Source: Halocafeteria seosinensis (lineage: Eukaryota). Taken from it: a DNA stretch of 64,000 bases. Under the pieces are notes generated by a model that saw nothing but the letters and a program-made list of their open reading frames with translations, was not told the DNA's origin and searched no databases. The first letter of the stretch is position 1. Each line of letters opens with the position of its first letter. The DNA is taken from contig LVLI01000141.1 of the NCBI GenBank assembly GCA_001687465.1, positions 62,001-126,000 on the forward strand. Reading direction: 5' to 3'. The position numbers were made by a program, and so were the translations under genes. This document shows, one piece after another, positions 37,219 through 49,463 of this stretch.

Positions 37219-38862
37219 TTACATGAAGTCGTCGTCATCATCAATCCCAGGCCCGTCTTGCTCAAGCGCCTCATTCAACTCTACGAAATCTACTTTCCAT
37301 CGTAGTACACCACCAACACCTCCAAATCCTTTACAAAATTGACTGCCTTCTTGTGAACGATCACTCACATACTCTAACGTAGCACCGTAATCCTTGTAAT
37401 GTTCTGCGATCCACTCTGCGAAGGGTGTTTTCTCAACTACTTCCAAGTCCTGGCCAGTTTCACTATCCTGGAACATGCTTCTGTTTGTCTCTTCATCTGG
37501 CTTCAGATGTATTGTCTTAGTATCACCTGTAGTAGGATTCTTTAGCTCATAACGAATATCCGGTAAATCTTCCCATACTGCACCATCAAAATGTTCCAAA
37601 CTGATCTTTGCTAACAACACAACATAACATGACCGTTACGTACCTAGCAGTGTTTCTACAGCTGACATTTCCAATGCACTCAGCGTGTCATAAATACCAA
37701 AGCAGTACTTCCCACTGTCCTGGGCAATTTCATCAAAGAACTTATTGATCAATTCTTTCTCCTTGACGAACTTCACGTTCGACAATGCGTCCTTGGACAA
37801 CTCAATAGCTTGGTTAAAGCCGTTCTCTCCTCCGTAACTAACATCCACGACTTGGATGACAATGTTGGCTAACCGCTGATCAAACATGTCTGATTCCTGC
37901 AGCTGATTCTTGAATTCTGCGCTACCTGCTAAAATGAGCCCCTTAACATTGGGTTTATCGTTGGTTATAAAGTGAGTGACAGCGTTTTCGGCCACTTTCC
38001 GTAGATAATGATGTCGTTTCTCCAACCGAAGACGCTGGAAACGTAAAGCGGATTGACCACCACGACCATGCTTCTTAGGAAGTTCCACATTAAACTTTTG
38101 CAAAATTTCTTTGTTGCTCCCCTGTACTGTTCCGTAAAGGCAACCACTTCCGTCCACGACAATGAAACCGAATCTTTCATCGTCCTGTAGCAGCTCTTGT
38201 AGTGCTTCTGTATGAAATTTGTTGTCACACAAATACAAGGTGGTGTTGATCGGTTTAAAAGGCTCAAAGTCAATGTTCACTTTCTTCTGCTTTCCGTCTT
38301 CTGTGATAATCTCCCCACAGTAGAGCACCAGACCATTGTCCGGGCATCGATTGTACAGCTTCAGTCTCTGTTGCGCTGAGGTAATTGCCGACAAAACTGA
38401 AAGCCGATTCACTCGCGATTTAATATTCGAAGCCGTCCCGTATTCATCTGAAAGCATTTTGTTCGTCAAGTTAATCTGCGTGGGGTAATAAACAAGCTCA
38501 CGGTTAACGAAGTTCAACAAGCGCACAAATTTTCTCACACCAGCACGTACCTGTGTGCCCGGAGACAGGATCAAGGAGATCATACTCGTCCCATTCCTGC
38601 ACAGGACCAAGGAACATAAAAGTATGAGTAAAAGATGGTCTTTCTTCCATGCACATGCTTGGAGAGCCTTAAACTGACACCCCCAGCTTCAACTTCCAAA
38701 ATTTTAGACGGTGTATACATCTCGTTGCGTCTCACTGGGAAACGTTCACCACCATCAGACTGGGATAACTTACCCTTTAGCTTGATCAAGGGATCGAATG
38801 AGCTTCTTAACCTTGAATTTCTTGATGTTCTCATCGTTTTCCTCTGACATTGCCGATGCCAT
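37219..38862 (-). CDS. ETF1: Eukaryotic peptide chain release factor 1
   Basis: [61 protein letters not shown]. Introns at 38597-38773, about 38478-38551 and about 37580-37643. Confidence 0.97.
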
Positions 38863-39156
38863 TTTTCTCTGTCGTTTCAGGACGAATGCACACTACCACT
38901 ACTCGCTAGCAATACAACTAATGCGTCAAATATAATAACAAAGGAGGAAGAGCTTGTTTCATTCCACAGTAATGCATATATCTAACAGTTCTAACTACCC
39001 AAGCAATTTTGAAACACAAGGACTCAAACCACACCTTGGAGAAGCAACAAACAAAAGTTGGAGTTAATCAAATGCTTGCGAGGATCGCCGAGGAAGTGCA
39101 AGTCGGTCACCAGGTTTTATCAAGATCAATAAGAGCAACATACACATGTAAACGGT

Positions 39157-42100
39157 TTAACGGCGGTAATCTTCGGAAGTGTTATCACCCTCGTCTATGT
39201 CGATTCCGACGTCTTCTGGACCACTATCGTTGTCCTCCACCTCTTCAGGGGTGGGAGAATTCGGAGTATGTGGCCGACTTAGTTCAGCTGCCGAGGAAAC
39301 AGGTCTAACAGAATTCGACAAAGCAGTTTTCAATAAACCACCATCCTTTCTGCGATTAGGAGAAGGTCCGCTATTTTGACTGCGGCTGTGTAAAATTGCT
39401 TCGTCGGACTGCGCATCTTCGGAGTTAGCTTGGGAACCGCTATCCTCTTTGCTTCGTCGGAAGCGCTTAGGAGCCTTGTTCTGGATTTTCCGACGAGCTT
39501 TCCCTAATTTATCCGGTAACCGTCGCCACTTTGGCTGATTCGCTCCCTCTTTGATACTTTCAGCCCGGCCTTCTTCTAAATGTTTTAGGTTTCTGCCGAC
39601 TCCACCAGCTTGGTTGACGCGTTTGGCGTCTTTGTCACCTAAAGCATGGATATGGACGGACGACCCTTGAGCCGCTCGTTCTTCGATGTATTCCGACATT
39701 GCATCTATAGCACTGTAATCAGCCAGTACCGACCGATCGAATAGCAATATAGCATCCTCCTTGTGACGCAACGTGCGTCGCAGAGTATCCGTAAATCTGA
39801 AAACAGAGGCGAAGAACAAAGGCCCATCCACCGCAAAAAGTCGGACAATTTTCCCGTTCCGGCGAAGCTCAACAATTTGTTCAGCAGCATCGCCTTTCGT
39901 GTCACATTCATGAATCTGGTTTGTCCCCATTACAGTGGGAGGGGCATCCTCCCACTGATGCAGTGGCTGTTGTCCCGGATGCAACGAGTGAAATATACTT
40001 CCTCCAGTCATTTTCACGACATCAATTTCCGAATCTTGGTGCTCCGAGGAGGAAGGCGAAACGTCGCTCATAGTTTGTTTGTTAACATTCACTTGTAAAG
40101 GTAAGTGCTTTGTAACCGAAGATACCATGCTTCTGCGACGCTCTGTTTCAAGTTCTTCAAAACTACTTTGAAAGCTACTCGCGGACCCTTCTCTACCCAT
40201 TCCCTCCTTCTGAGAGTTAAGCAGTACATCAGGGTTAAGTTCCACCAATTGAAGTTGTTTAGCGGTCTTCCAAGCATACACAAGACTTGCGAATGCCACT
40301 CCCGAGACAATGGCAATTGCAAGATCAAAGACCACTGCCAGAACCGTAACCAAGATGATGGTAAGCGAGTCCGCTTTGGGTATTCTGAAGAACACGTAAA
40401 ATGTTTTCCAAGCGAAGGTATTAATGACAACCATAAAAAGTATTCCTGTTAGAGCCGCCACTGGGATGAGTTCAATCACCGGCGCCATCAGAAGAACAAT
40501 GAGCAGAATTCCAACCCCTGAAAGTGAGCTGGACAAGCGACCCTTGGCCCCGTTCATAATGTTTATGGTCGATTGTCCAATCATAGCATCTCCACCCATT
40601 GATCCGAAAAGCCCACTTAGTAAGTTACCCAAGCCTTGCGCAACAGACTCTTGAGAAGATCGAAACGTAGATGCCGGCCTGCAAGCATACAGCCATTGCA
40701 ATTCGACAAAGTGCAAGTACGTCACAGCGACTAAAACAAATTCCCAGAAAACTTACGTGCCCGTAATACTGTCACAAGCTTGCAAAGTCATCACGCTCTC
40801 AATGAGTCCAATAAACGCTAGAGAAATGGCAAAAGGAAACAAATCACCCATGACCTCAGAAGTCCAACCCGAGGAAGGAGTATTCCATTTTGGCAAAGTG
40901 CCATCCAGTGCCGACCGTTGGCCTACTGTTATTGTGTCTGCCCCTATTGCCAATCGGTTGACGAAGTGCTCGAACAGGGTGCAAAATATGAGAGTTACTA
41001 GAGATGCGGGAACAGTTTTTGTCAGCTTGGGGAGAAACTGCATAATACCCATCGAGGAGACTACGTAAAAAAGCATCATCCACGTTCTTCCTTCGTCGAT
41101 TTTCACCCATTCTTGTTCGGCTTGTCCGTCTGCGTCTTCTGTGCCTGGGACGTCTACTTTGAAGGAGTCCAGCTGGGCAATGAAGATAATTATGGCAAGT
41201 CCTGCGTCAAACATAAATACAAACAACACGTCCCTCAACACCTTTACTGTGCTTCCTATGTATATGTTCTTACCATTCATAAAGCCGAGCATCGCGGTTC
41301 GAGGAATCATGGAAACAAACCTAGCGAGACCAATAAATCCCGTGAGAAGTTGAATAATGCCCGCAAGAACTACAGCCAGAAAAAGAAATTGTTGCCTTTC
41401 AGCCAAAGGAAAATCAGCGAAGGCTCCAGAGCTACTTGTGATGGACGCGGCAACGACGGCCATTGCTCCAGCAGCTCCAGATATTTGCCCTGGCTTCCCT
41501 CCAATCAAACCAGTGATAAGTGCCATAAAGAACGTCGAATGCTGCAAAATACATTGGCCTACCATTCAAGGATCGGAACGAAATGCTTCTACAATGAAAG
41601 CAGTGACTTACTAAACCAACCAATGGGTCTACGTTCGCCACGAACGAAAATGCCACTGACTCTGGCACTTGCATCACCGAAACTGTGAGTCCTGAGAGGA
41701 TTTCCATCTTCAGATCTGAAAAGCATCTTTGGTTATAGTCCTGCGAAGAGCCACCAAGAGAAACAATACAGTAAAAGCTTTGAATGCTTCCATACCAAAA
41801 CGAAAACGAACATACTTTAGAAAAGTACCACAAGAACGACTCCCTTCCATACTGATATAATGCCTTGAGCGGTTGTCTTGCCTTCAGCAAACGAATAGGT
41901 TCTTTCGAGAAATTTTGACATTCTTGGGGAGGCACTTCATCTTCTTGGGTATCTTCTTTGTTCTCAATGTCACTCGTCCCATTGCCATTTGCGTCGTTAT
42001 GGTTGTGGTTAGCGGCAGGGGTTTCCACTCCATTCTCCGTTGGAGCTGGAGAGCCATCTCCCGTGTCGTTCAAAGGCTGAGCCGCTATCCCCATATCCTC

Positions 42101-42172
42101 GTCTTCAGAATCAGGCCCCCCTTCCGAGGGGGCTGATCCTTCCGTCGAACGCCTATGATTGGCGGCACTCAT
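39157..42172 (-). CDS. SulP/SLC26 family anion transporter with STAS domain, spliced
   Basis: EILSGLTVSVMQVPESVAFSFVA, GGKPGQISGAAGAMAVV, GLIESVMT, QGLGN..GGDAMIGQSTINIMNGAKGRLS; STAS VDGPLFFAS..DYSAIDAM. Confidence 0.92.
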
Positions 42173-42573
42173 GATATTCACTATACGCAAGGAACTGCGT
42201 GTTTTGAGTCGCGGAGTCAGTCACTAAACGGCGCGGCTAGTCAAACAATGAGTGCTAGACGCTGCAAGCCGTTGCTTGCGAACTATTCCCGATAACCACT
42301 AATATTTGCGGGAGATTAGTAGCAACAACTAGTTGAATGGAGACAATCTACCGTGATAGTCTATGAAGCAAGAACAGGCAGTGAGAAGTGAGAACAACTT
42401 CAACAAGGCTTGTGAAGTTACGACTCCCAGATGGGGGAAGTAGCATACTCGCATGCCATCAAAAACTGCAAAGTGCTCCGGAAAACGCTTCGTGCGTTCG
42501 ACGTTTCGAGTTCCCCTTGGTATAGATTCCTACGTTACCCTGGTTACCTGGTACAGCGCACTTCATTGAAAGT

Positions 42574-44723
42574 TCAGCCCGAGGAAGCTCTCGCTACATG
42601 CGCTTGTATTTGCAAATGCAACTCAGACACTTCACGAGCTAAAGCCACGTTGGAATCAGCGGGTTTGCCGTAGAGTACGTTCAATTGAGGAAATACGCTG
42701 GTTTCCAGAGTGAGTAGTGCTTCATGAGCGTAATTTAGGTACCACTGAAGCTTTGCAACCATCAGGAAGTGAATGCAACACTTAAGCGATGTGCCAGGTA
42801 CCACCATTGCAGTGCGTTGGGCTGCCTCCTTCGCAAAGTACAGAGCTTTCTCATAATTTTTGTAGTCGATGTACTCCCTTGCAAGCACCTCAGAAGTCTG
42901 GAGTAGAAGGAAGTGCCATGGTGAGCAGAACGTTGACAACGCCATGAAGCACTGTTCAAGGCCACTAATGAGTTCCTCTTTGCGCCCGAAAGCCTGTTCC
43001 ATAGACTGCAATGACTTCATATATTCCTTCGATGATTTATAGTGTCTCAGCAGCTTCTTCAACGCTGATTTTTCTACAAGTTCCCCGCAACAACAGCAAC
43101 GCCATGTTATATTCATGACTCGCCCTAGGGACTGCTGGTCCGGAGCTGGGCTACCACCTTCATGTGTTGAGACATGGTTCACTAGGTCCTCTAGGGAAGA
43201 CACGAACTGCGTCATCAGGAATCCAACAACAAGAGGAGTTACTGTATTACTTCCCAAATGCTCTCTCACTTGCTTCAAAGGCTGATGATGGAATGTAGGT
43301 TCTTCCTGTAGTTCTTCTTCGGTAGGCTGCAAACACGATAGGGCAGCTTCTGCAGTCACGTCGGGAATCGCTATCCCATCGCACCTCGGAGCTTGGGAGC
43401 ATCGTAGTCCAACCAGATAAAATTCCCGATAAGACTCCTCAAACGAGGATGCAACAATGTGGTTGTCGCACTCCTTCCCAATCAAGACATCATACAGGTG
43501 GTTGTCCACCTCCAGGCATCGACGGCATTTACACCAGAATTTATACCCTTGCAGCAAATGCCAACGGACCAAACTAGAGGGCAATGTGTTATCACAATAT
43601 GAGATGGTAAGCTCTCCTCCTGCGGGGATACATTCAACACTGCGCAGGGCTTGGTGTTTTCCGTTATATATAACTGCACAATTAGGAACACAGCTATGAT
43701 TGAGGGTGGCAGTAAATGGATAAAATCCGATGCCCACCACATCCAGTTCTGGAGTGCAGATGGTATAAATGTTGCACGACATAGCACAGAGTAAGTTAAT
43801 GCAGTCCTTAACACCAAAGCGAGAAACTAAAGACGCCTCCTCATTACCCTCACTAGTGGAACGTTGAAGACTCAGATGGTGGACCTTTGTCATGATGTCG
43901 CCCAGGTTTTGGAGTTGAGAGGTCGAGAATCTGTCCCTGTTACTTACACAACTCCACACCCACTTAGATGAGGGCTCTGCCAGTACAGGAGATTCCGACC
44001 TAAACGCACTGCCTCCTGTAGGCAGGGTCCTTGAGTTATGTCCTAAGGGCAGATATTGAAGCTCATCTACTTCGTCCAATTCCTCGTTTTCAGTGGTTTG
44101 TCTAAGAAACATGAGGGTACGTAGCAGCATCCGAGTGATTGCAGACGGCACAACCTCTCGTCCGACATCTCCCTGCAAATGATACGAGAGCTGCAGATAG
44201 TCCGATTCTGAACGCAAAACACAATATACATACTTGAATCTTCTTAATGCCAGAGCATTCCAACTGGTGAAACGCTTTCCAGTCGCCTACTTGGCATGAC
44301 CTACTGCAGTAAGACGAACTTTTACAGCCTGCGAACTAGGGACATACGCAAGGATGAAATCCCTCTTCTCCTTGCTGTAGTCTTTCTAGCATATCACATA
44401 CCGGCGCATCTTCTCAATGGACCTCCTCCGGGAGCACATGTTCTGAGACATCCCCAACATGCAGAACGAGCTGCCTTGGTGGACTGAGTTGCTCCTCCAG
44501 GCTCATCTTTTTGGCATGCAACTTCCCCTGCACCCAGACCAGCGGAACTAGCCGAAGTAGCAGAGGTAATAGCCACGGCAACCGGATCCGATCGAAATAT
44601 GGTCATTCCAGGAGCTATTCCAACACCCTTGGCAACGAGTCGGCGTTGACGAGACGATGCTCCGTCTTCTGGAGATTCCTCATACTGTATTTCTACAGGA
44701 AGTCCTGGCTGTTCGGTGCCCAT
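42574..44723 (-). CDS. SET and MYND domain (SMYD-type) lysine methyltransferase
   Basis: Split SET (RRLVAKG..PGMTIFRSDP); MYND CWGC..RCA|GC..YCSRSCQVGDWKAFHQLEC; GFYPFTATLNHSCVPN, GELTISYC; post-SET YKFWCKCRRC; TPR-like C-terminus. Confidence 0.9.
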
Positions 44724-45721
44724 TTCGTTTCACTGTAGCGTATATAGCTTCTTGTCTGTTTGGACGATAACGATGTAAGCGCCAAGCTAATCATGGACAC
44801 TGTTGGACAGCCTTATCAGCGTCTTCACAGAGGACATTGAACTTCACCACATTGAGAAGATGAAAAATACACGACCCAAGGCGTTGTATACAGTGTTCCG
44901 GTGTAGAATGCTGATAAATAAGATAAATGAACGTATACTGAGCGTGCGCGAAGAGTGCCGTGTACCATTATACCCGTATTTCAGCAGCAGCAGCGAAGGG
45001 GTGATCCCACACTGGCAATTCGCAGTCGCTTTTACGATAAGGGAAGCCGCCTGTGAGAAGCTGTAACTCTCCTACCTTGCCGCTTTAATAGGAAGTGCTT
45101 TGATAAACCAATGATAAACGACTGACCATAGGAGACAACATATGTATGTTATGGCAACGGAGCCTCACTCCTCTTCGTTCCCGGTGGGTAGTATTGTGCG
45201 TGGCAATCACCACTCCACATATCCCATCCCTTACGCTTCATTTCGATGCCTCATATATTCACATGCATTGGTCAACAGAATTCATTCATTCGTGTACTAC
45301 AAGGACACTGAACTGATCCAAGTCCCGGACGAGTACCAGCTGTCTCCGCCACCCTTTTGGTATTTTTGAATCCCCCTTTGGCTTCCCCTTTCAGTGGATT
45401 TCAAAAAGACCCTCGAACGGGGCCTGTTGTGAATGCTCGCTTACATACCTCCAGGATTACTACTCACTCGCGGCGGACTTTTGGTAATTCCTCTCTTTGT
45501 ATCTCTCACAGACTATCAGATAGACTTTGTCATTGGCGGTCTTATTGTACGTGCGCAAACTTAAGCGACGGAGGAGAGGATTCCAGCTAGACCTTTTCTT
45601 CTTGTTATTCTTTCTGCTCTCTCGTTATTTTACTTTAAAGCACAAGAGAAGCGCCAGGACATTCGCTTCATTATATCCAGTACAAGTAGCGTTGCCTAAT
45701 TTCCCCGTCGTATAATTGATC

Positions 45722-48700
45722 ATGCTGGGAGGAAACAGCAAAGCATCCTCCTCATTCCATAGCGGGTCTTCTGGCTCGGGCTACCGGAAGCAAAAGCTCT
45801 ACGAGAGCACCAAGGGGGACTCCTTGCCCGCAGAGAGTACGAATGGGCACACTGCTGCGGACATTAATCTAGCAGGAGCTACTCAATCCAAGGCAACCAT
45901 CTCGCCGCATGCACTCGAGGAAAGCGGAGGGTTGTTTCCTGAAGGCGTGCCCCAGGGTATGATTGATGAACTCAAAGTAGCAGGTAAGCGAAGAGTTTAC
46001 GGGTATATGAGATATGTTTCCGAATTGATTTTCATTCGCTTGCTTGCACAGTCCGTAGAGGAAACAAGGCCCGGGTGGTCAACTTGATCGAAGACCGTCG
46101 TTATACGGTTGACCACGTATTTGAAGACAGCACAACCCCACTAATGAATGCTTGCCAAACTCGTATGTGTATTTATACTTCTATTGGAGTGAATTTACAA
46201 AATATGAATAACCGTGTTGTTCGTAAGTATGTACAGGAAGGGAAAATATCGCGATGTGGCTGTTGGAACAGAACGCGGATCCCCACAAACAGACTAAAAA
46301 CAAAAGACAGACCGCGCTCCACTTGGCTTGTGAACAGGGATTGCTTAGTATTGTTAGGGAACTTGTCAAACACATGCGAGACCAAATTGATATAGCAGAT
46401 TCCTCGTCTTGCACACGTGAGTGAAAGCGACGGCAAGGGCGCGTACTTGACGTACTTACTTGTTAACGTTTCCATAATTGCAGCAATGCACTACGCGGCG
46501 TATAGTGGTGCGGTGCATGTTATGCAACTGCTCGCATTGGAAGGCGCGAGCCGAACCCCTCGGACTGAAAGAGGATTTACTCCATTGTACATGCTCGTTT
46601 ACAGCGAGAAAACAACTGATGTACAGAAAGCAGTATGCTTACATTACCTTTTCAGTTTCCCCGAATGGCGACATCCGGATATAATCAACGCCAGATCTGC
46701 AAAGCGCTCCGGTGGACTCTCAAGGGAGACTCCGTTGATGCTTGCCACACGAACTGGCCTGGTGAACACAGTGAGAGCGTTACTTAGCACTGGGGACGCG
46801 ATCGACGTGACAAACGAACAGTCACGGGACAATCGTGATAAATCTCCATTAGAGATTTGCTCGACAGCTCTGAACAATGCTCGGCATGCCTTGTCAAAAC
46901 AACGGAGCTCACAAGTCCCCGCTCTAGAGGCGGAATCGACCGTGTCGCCAGCATTTAATTTTGGAATGGATCTCTCCCCACTTCGTCAATACACGTTTGA
47001 TCATCCGAGATGGAATGAAACGTTGAAGGAGGACTATATTCAACCAACTGTTGAAGAATACTGTACCGTTTACGGTCTAAAGCTGTCTGAAATTTTCAAC
47101 GACGCTGTTTTGAGCGTTGACACGTCAGGGGAAGGAAACCAACGGAGCTTGGACAAAAAATATGTGAAAGCATCTGATATTGTTACGTTTAACGGGAGGA
47201 GGGAATACGCAAATATTCCTCAGCATTATTTCGATGTGCAACAAAGAGGTGCTGAAGCCGATGCCTTTACTGCTGTTTCCGTTTTTGAGGCAATCCAGAA
47301 ATTGTTGAATAACAGGATCGCGAGCCAGCGTGGCCAACCCGCTCTCTCTGAAACTGAGCTAGTGCAACTATTTTCCGACGATAGCAGGACTGAGAGTAGC
47401 TCTTCCAGGAAAGGCCGAAGATCGAAGCCGAAACGCACCTCTGAAAGAACAAGTTCAGATGCAGCAGGTGGGACCGAGATCGAGGAGCGCCAGTCAGAAG
47501 GAAGGAAACGAGACGAAAACGCTTCCCAGGAGCGTAATGCCGAGCCTGTATCTGCGAGGGAAAGCAGACAGAAGGAGCATATGGCTGCCTCTGGTCCAGT
47601 ACAGGAAGTCTCAAGTTCGTTTGCAGTGGTGAACCCAACCGAAGCCGTTGAAGATGACTCGGAGGAATGGGTGACGGTTGGGCAGGCCCGTGCACCAAAG
47701 AAGTCGTCGAAGAGTAGGGGCAAGAAGGAAAGAAGAGATGCGGGTGGAAAGGATGCTCGAGCCGGAGGAAATGGGAAACAAAACAAGACGACTGATAAGA
47801 AGAGTGGAAAGAACATTGACGCTGACAAGCCCGCCGAAGCCCCAAAACGGACTAAGGCTACGCATCCTCCAAAAGAGTCAGACTTCCCTCCACCTGTCTC
47901 AAGAAAAGCCGTGGCGTCCGTAGAGGGCGTTTCAAGTTGGAAAGACTTGGTGCAGGAGCCGCGTACTTCTACCCAATCCAACGCAACCCGGAGGAAGTCG
48001 GCTGATGAAGTTCACGCCGAAATGTCCCGTGTCCCCGACGAAAGTAAAATAAGCTCCACAATACATTCCCCCGGTAACGCTGCACCAATGGAACAGCAAG
48101 CTACAAGACAAGAAGAAACATCAGCGGTAGAGTCGCTTGGAGTGATACAGGATAAATTTCCAGAGCTGGATACATTTAGTGTCTCTGTGGAGAATGTCTT
48201 TGGTTTGGGAGATTTATCATCTCTACCTCTGGATCAACTTGAGGCCATTAAGCGGGTCCTTCTACGCTCAGAGAAAAACATTTCCGCCGAAATAGCTTCA
48301 AGAAAGGAGATGGACACTGAAAAGTCTGCTACTGCTGCTTTTGTACAGGAGCACACTTCCAACAATAGTGGTCAAGTCCCTTTCTCCGAAAAGCCTGTGT
48401 CTCAGAAACCCAAATTGAAGGCAGAGGCTAGAGAATTCGAACCATCGACCGGCTGGAAGGATACTGCAGTCACCCATGGAGGAGGCAGTTCAAGTGGATC
48501 TCTCTCACCTCCATCTCCTCAGCCAGCGACAGGGCAATCAACTCCCTGGGCCGCCGCTGTCACCAAATCCACTCAACCGCAGACGGACTCCGCCTCAAGA
48601 GTCCCGAAAACGGAACCGCAGAATGAAGCTAAGAGTGAGCATACGCCCGCATCTGCTCCTGAGTCAGACACAGTAGCATCTTTTCCTAATACCTCCCTGG

Positions 48701-49068
48701 AGTCAAACACCGTTCCATTCGGCAGCTCGTGGGCAAACCTTGCCGCCAGTGCTTCTGCAGGAACCGGAGCTACCCCACCCCGTCTGAAAGTGGTGGCTCG
48801 CCCTCCAGCCGCACAGCAACAAGAAGGTGCTTCGCGTCGAGCAGGAGGAAGCGGAAGCGGTCGAGGGGGTGGCAATAAGAATAGTCGTTCGAATACTCGA
48901 AATAACCAAACAAACAAGGGTAAAGAAAATACAGGACAACATCCCAAGAAGCGATCTTCCGACACTTCGCGGCGAATGGAGAGTCGTCCAGTTGGTCCCT
49001 CGCGAGCGGGAACAATTGATAGAGCTAGAGCTGATGCTGCTCAAACGAGCAGTTCGAAAAAAGGGTAA
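45722..49068 (+). CDS. Ankyrin-repeat protein with a long disordered C-terminus containing a PAM2-like motif
   Basis: Ankyrin repeats TTPLMNAC, QTALHLACEQG, MHYAAYSG, GFTPLY, RETPLMLATRTG; PAM2-like KPKLKAEAREFEPS at about 48406-48447. Confidence 0.8.
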
Positions 49069-49463
49069 CCGAGGGAATACTGTTTTCTTCTTGGGGATAT
49101 ATAGATAACACATAGCAGATAACACATGTGTTCAGTCAACTTCCACAATTCAAATACTACCACACCAGAGCAAGAGACCCAAGCACAATATATACACTGT
49201 TGGTACCACAAGGTATGCATTGGACGTGTATCTATTCATTGAATACGATTGTTTGTGCTCTCGGCATACTTGTAACACAAGTTGTACGTGTGTAATCCAG
49301 ACAGTCAGTGTGAGACAGACTGTGGTGGCCCACTTCAATCACGGGGTGTTGTATTGTCTTGTTTGAAGTCGTTTTGTATGGTAAATACCAGCACACCCAG
49401 CCTCAGTAAAGAAGAACCAAAAAAGGAGTTAGGCCTATCAATATACCCCATCATCGTCCTGCC

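Noticed and set aside
37219..38862. Variant genetic code or stop-codon reassignment suggested by fragmented ORFs and the presence of eRF1
   Set aside because: The fragmentation is explained by canonical GT-AG introns. eRF1 keeps GTS, TASNIKS and YxCxxxF, and TAA, TAG and TGA all terminate genes here.
47226..47981. Long antisense ORFs (e.g. 47226-47981, 21791-22342, 27880-28359, 30119-30625)
   Set aside because: They are shadows of real genes on the opposite strand, with no independent motifs.
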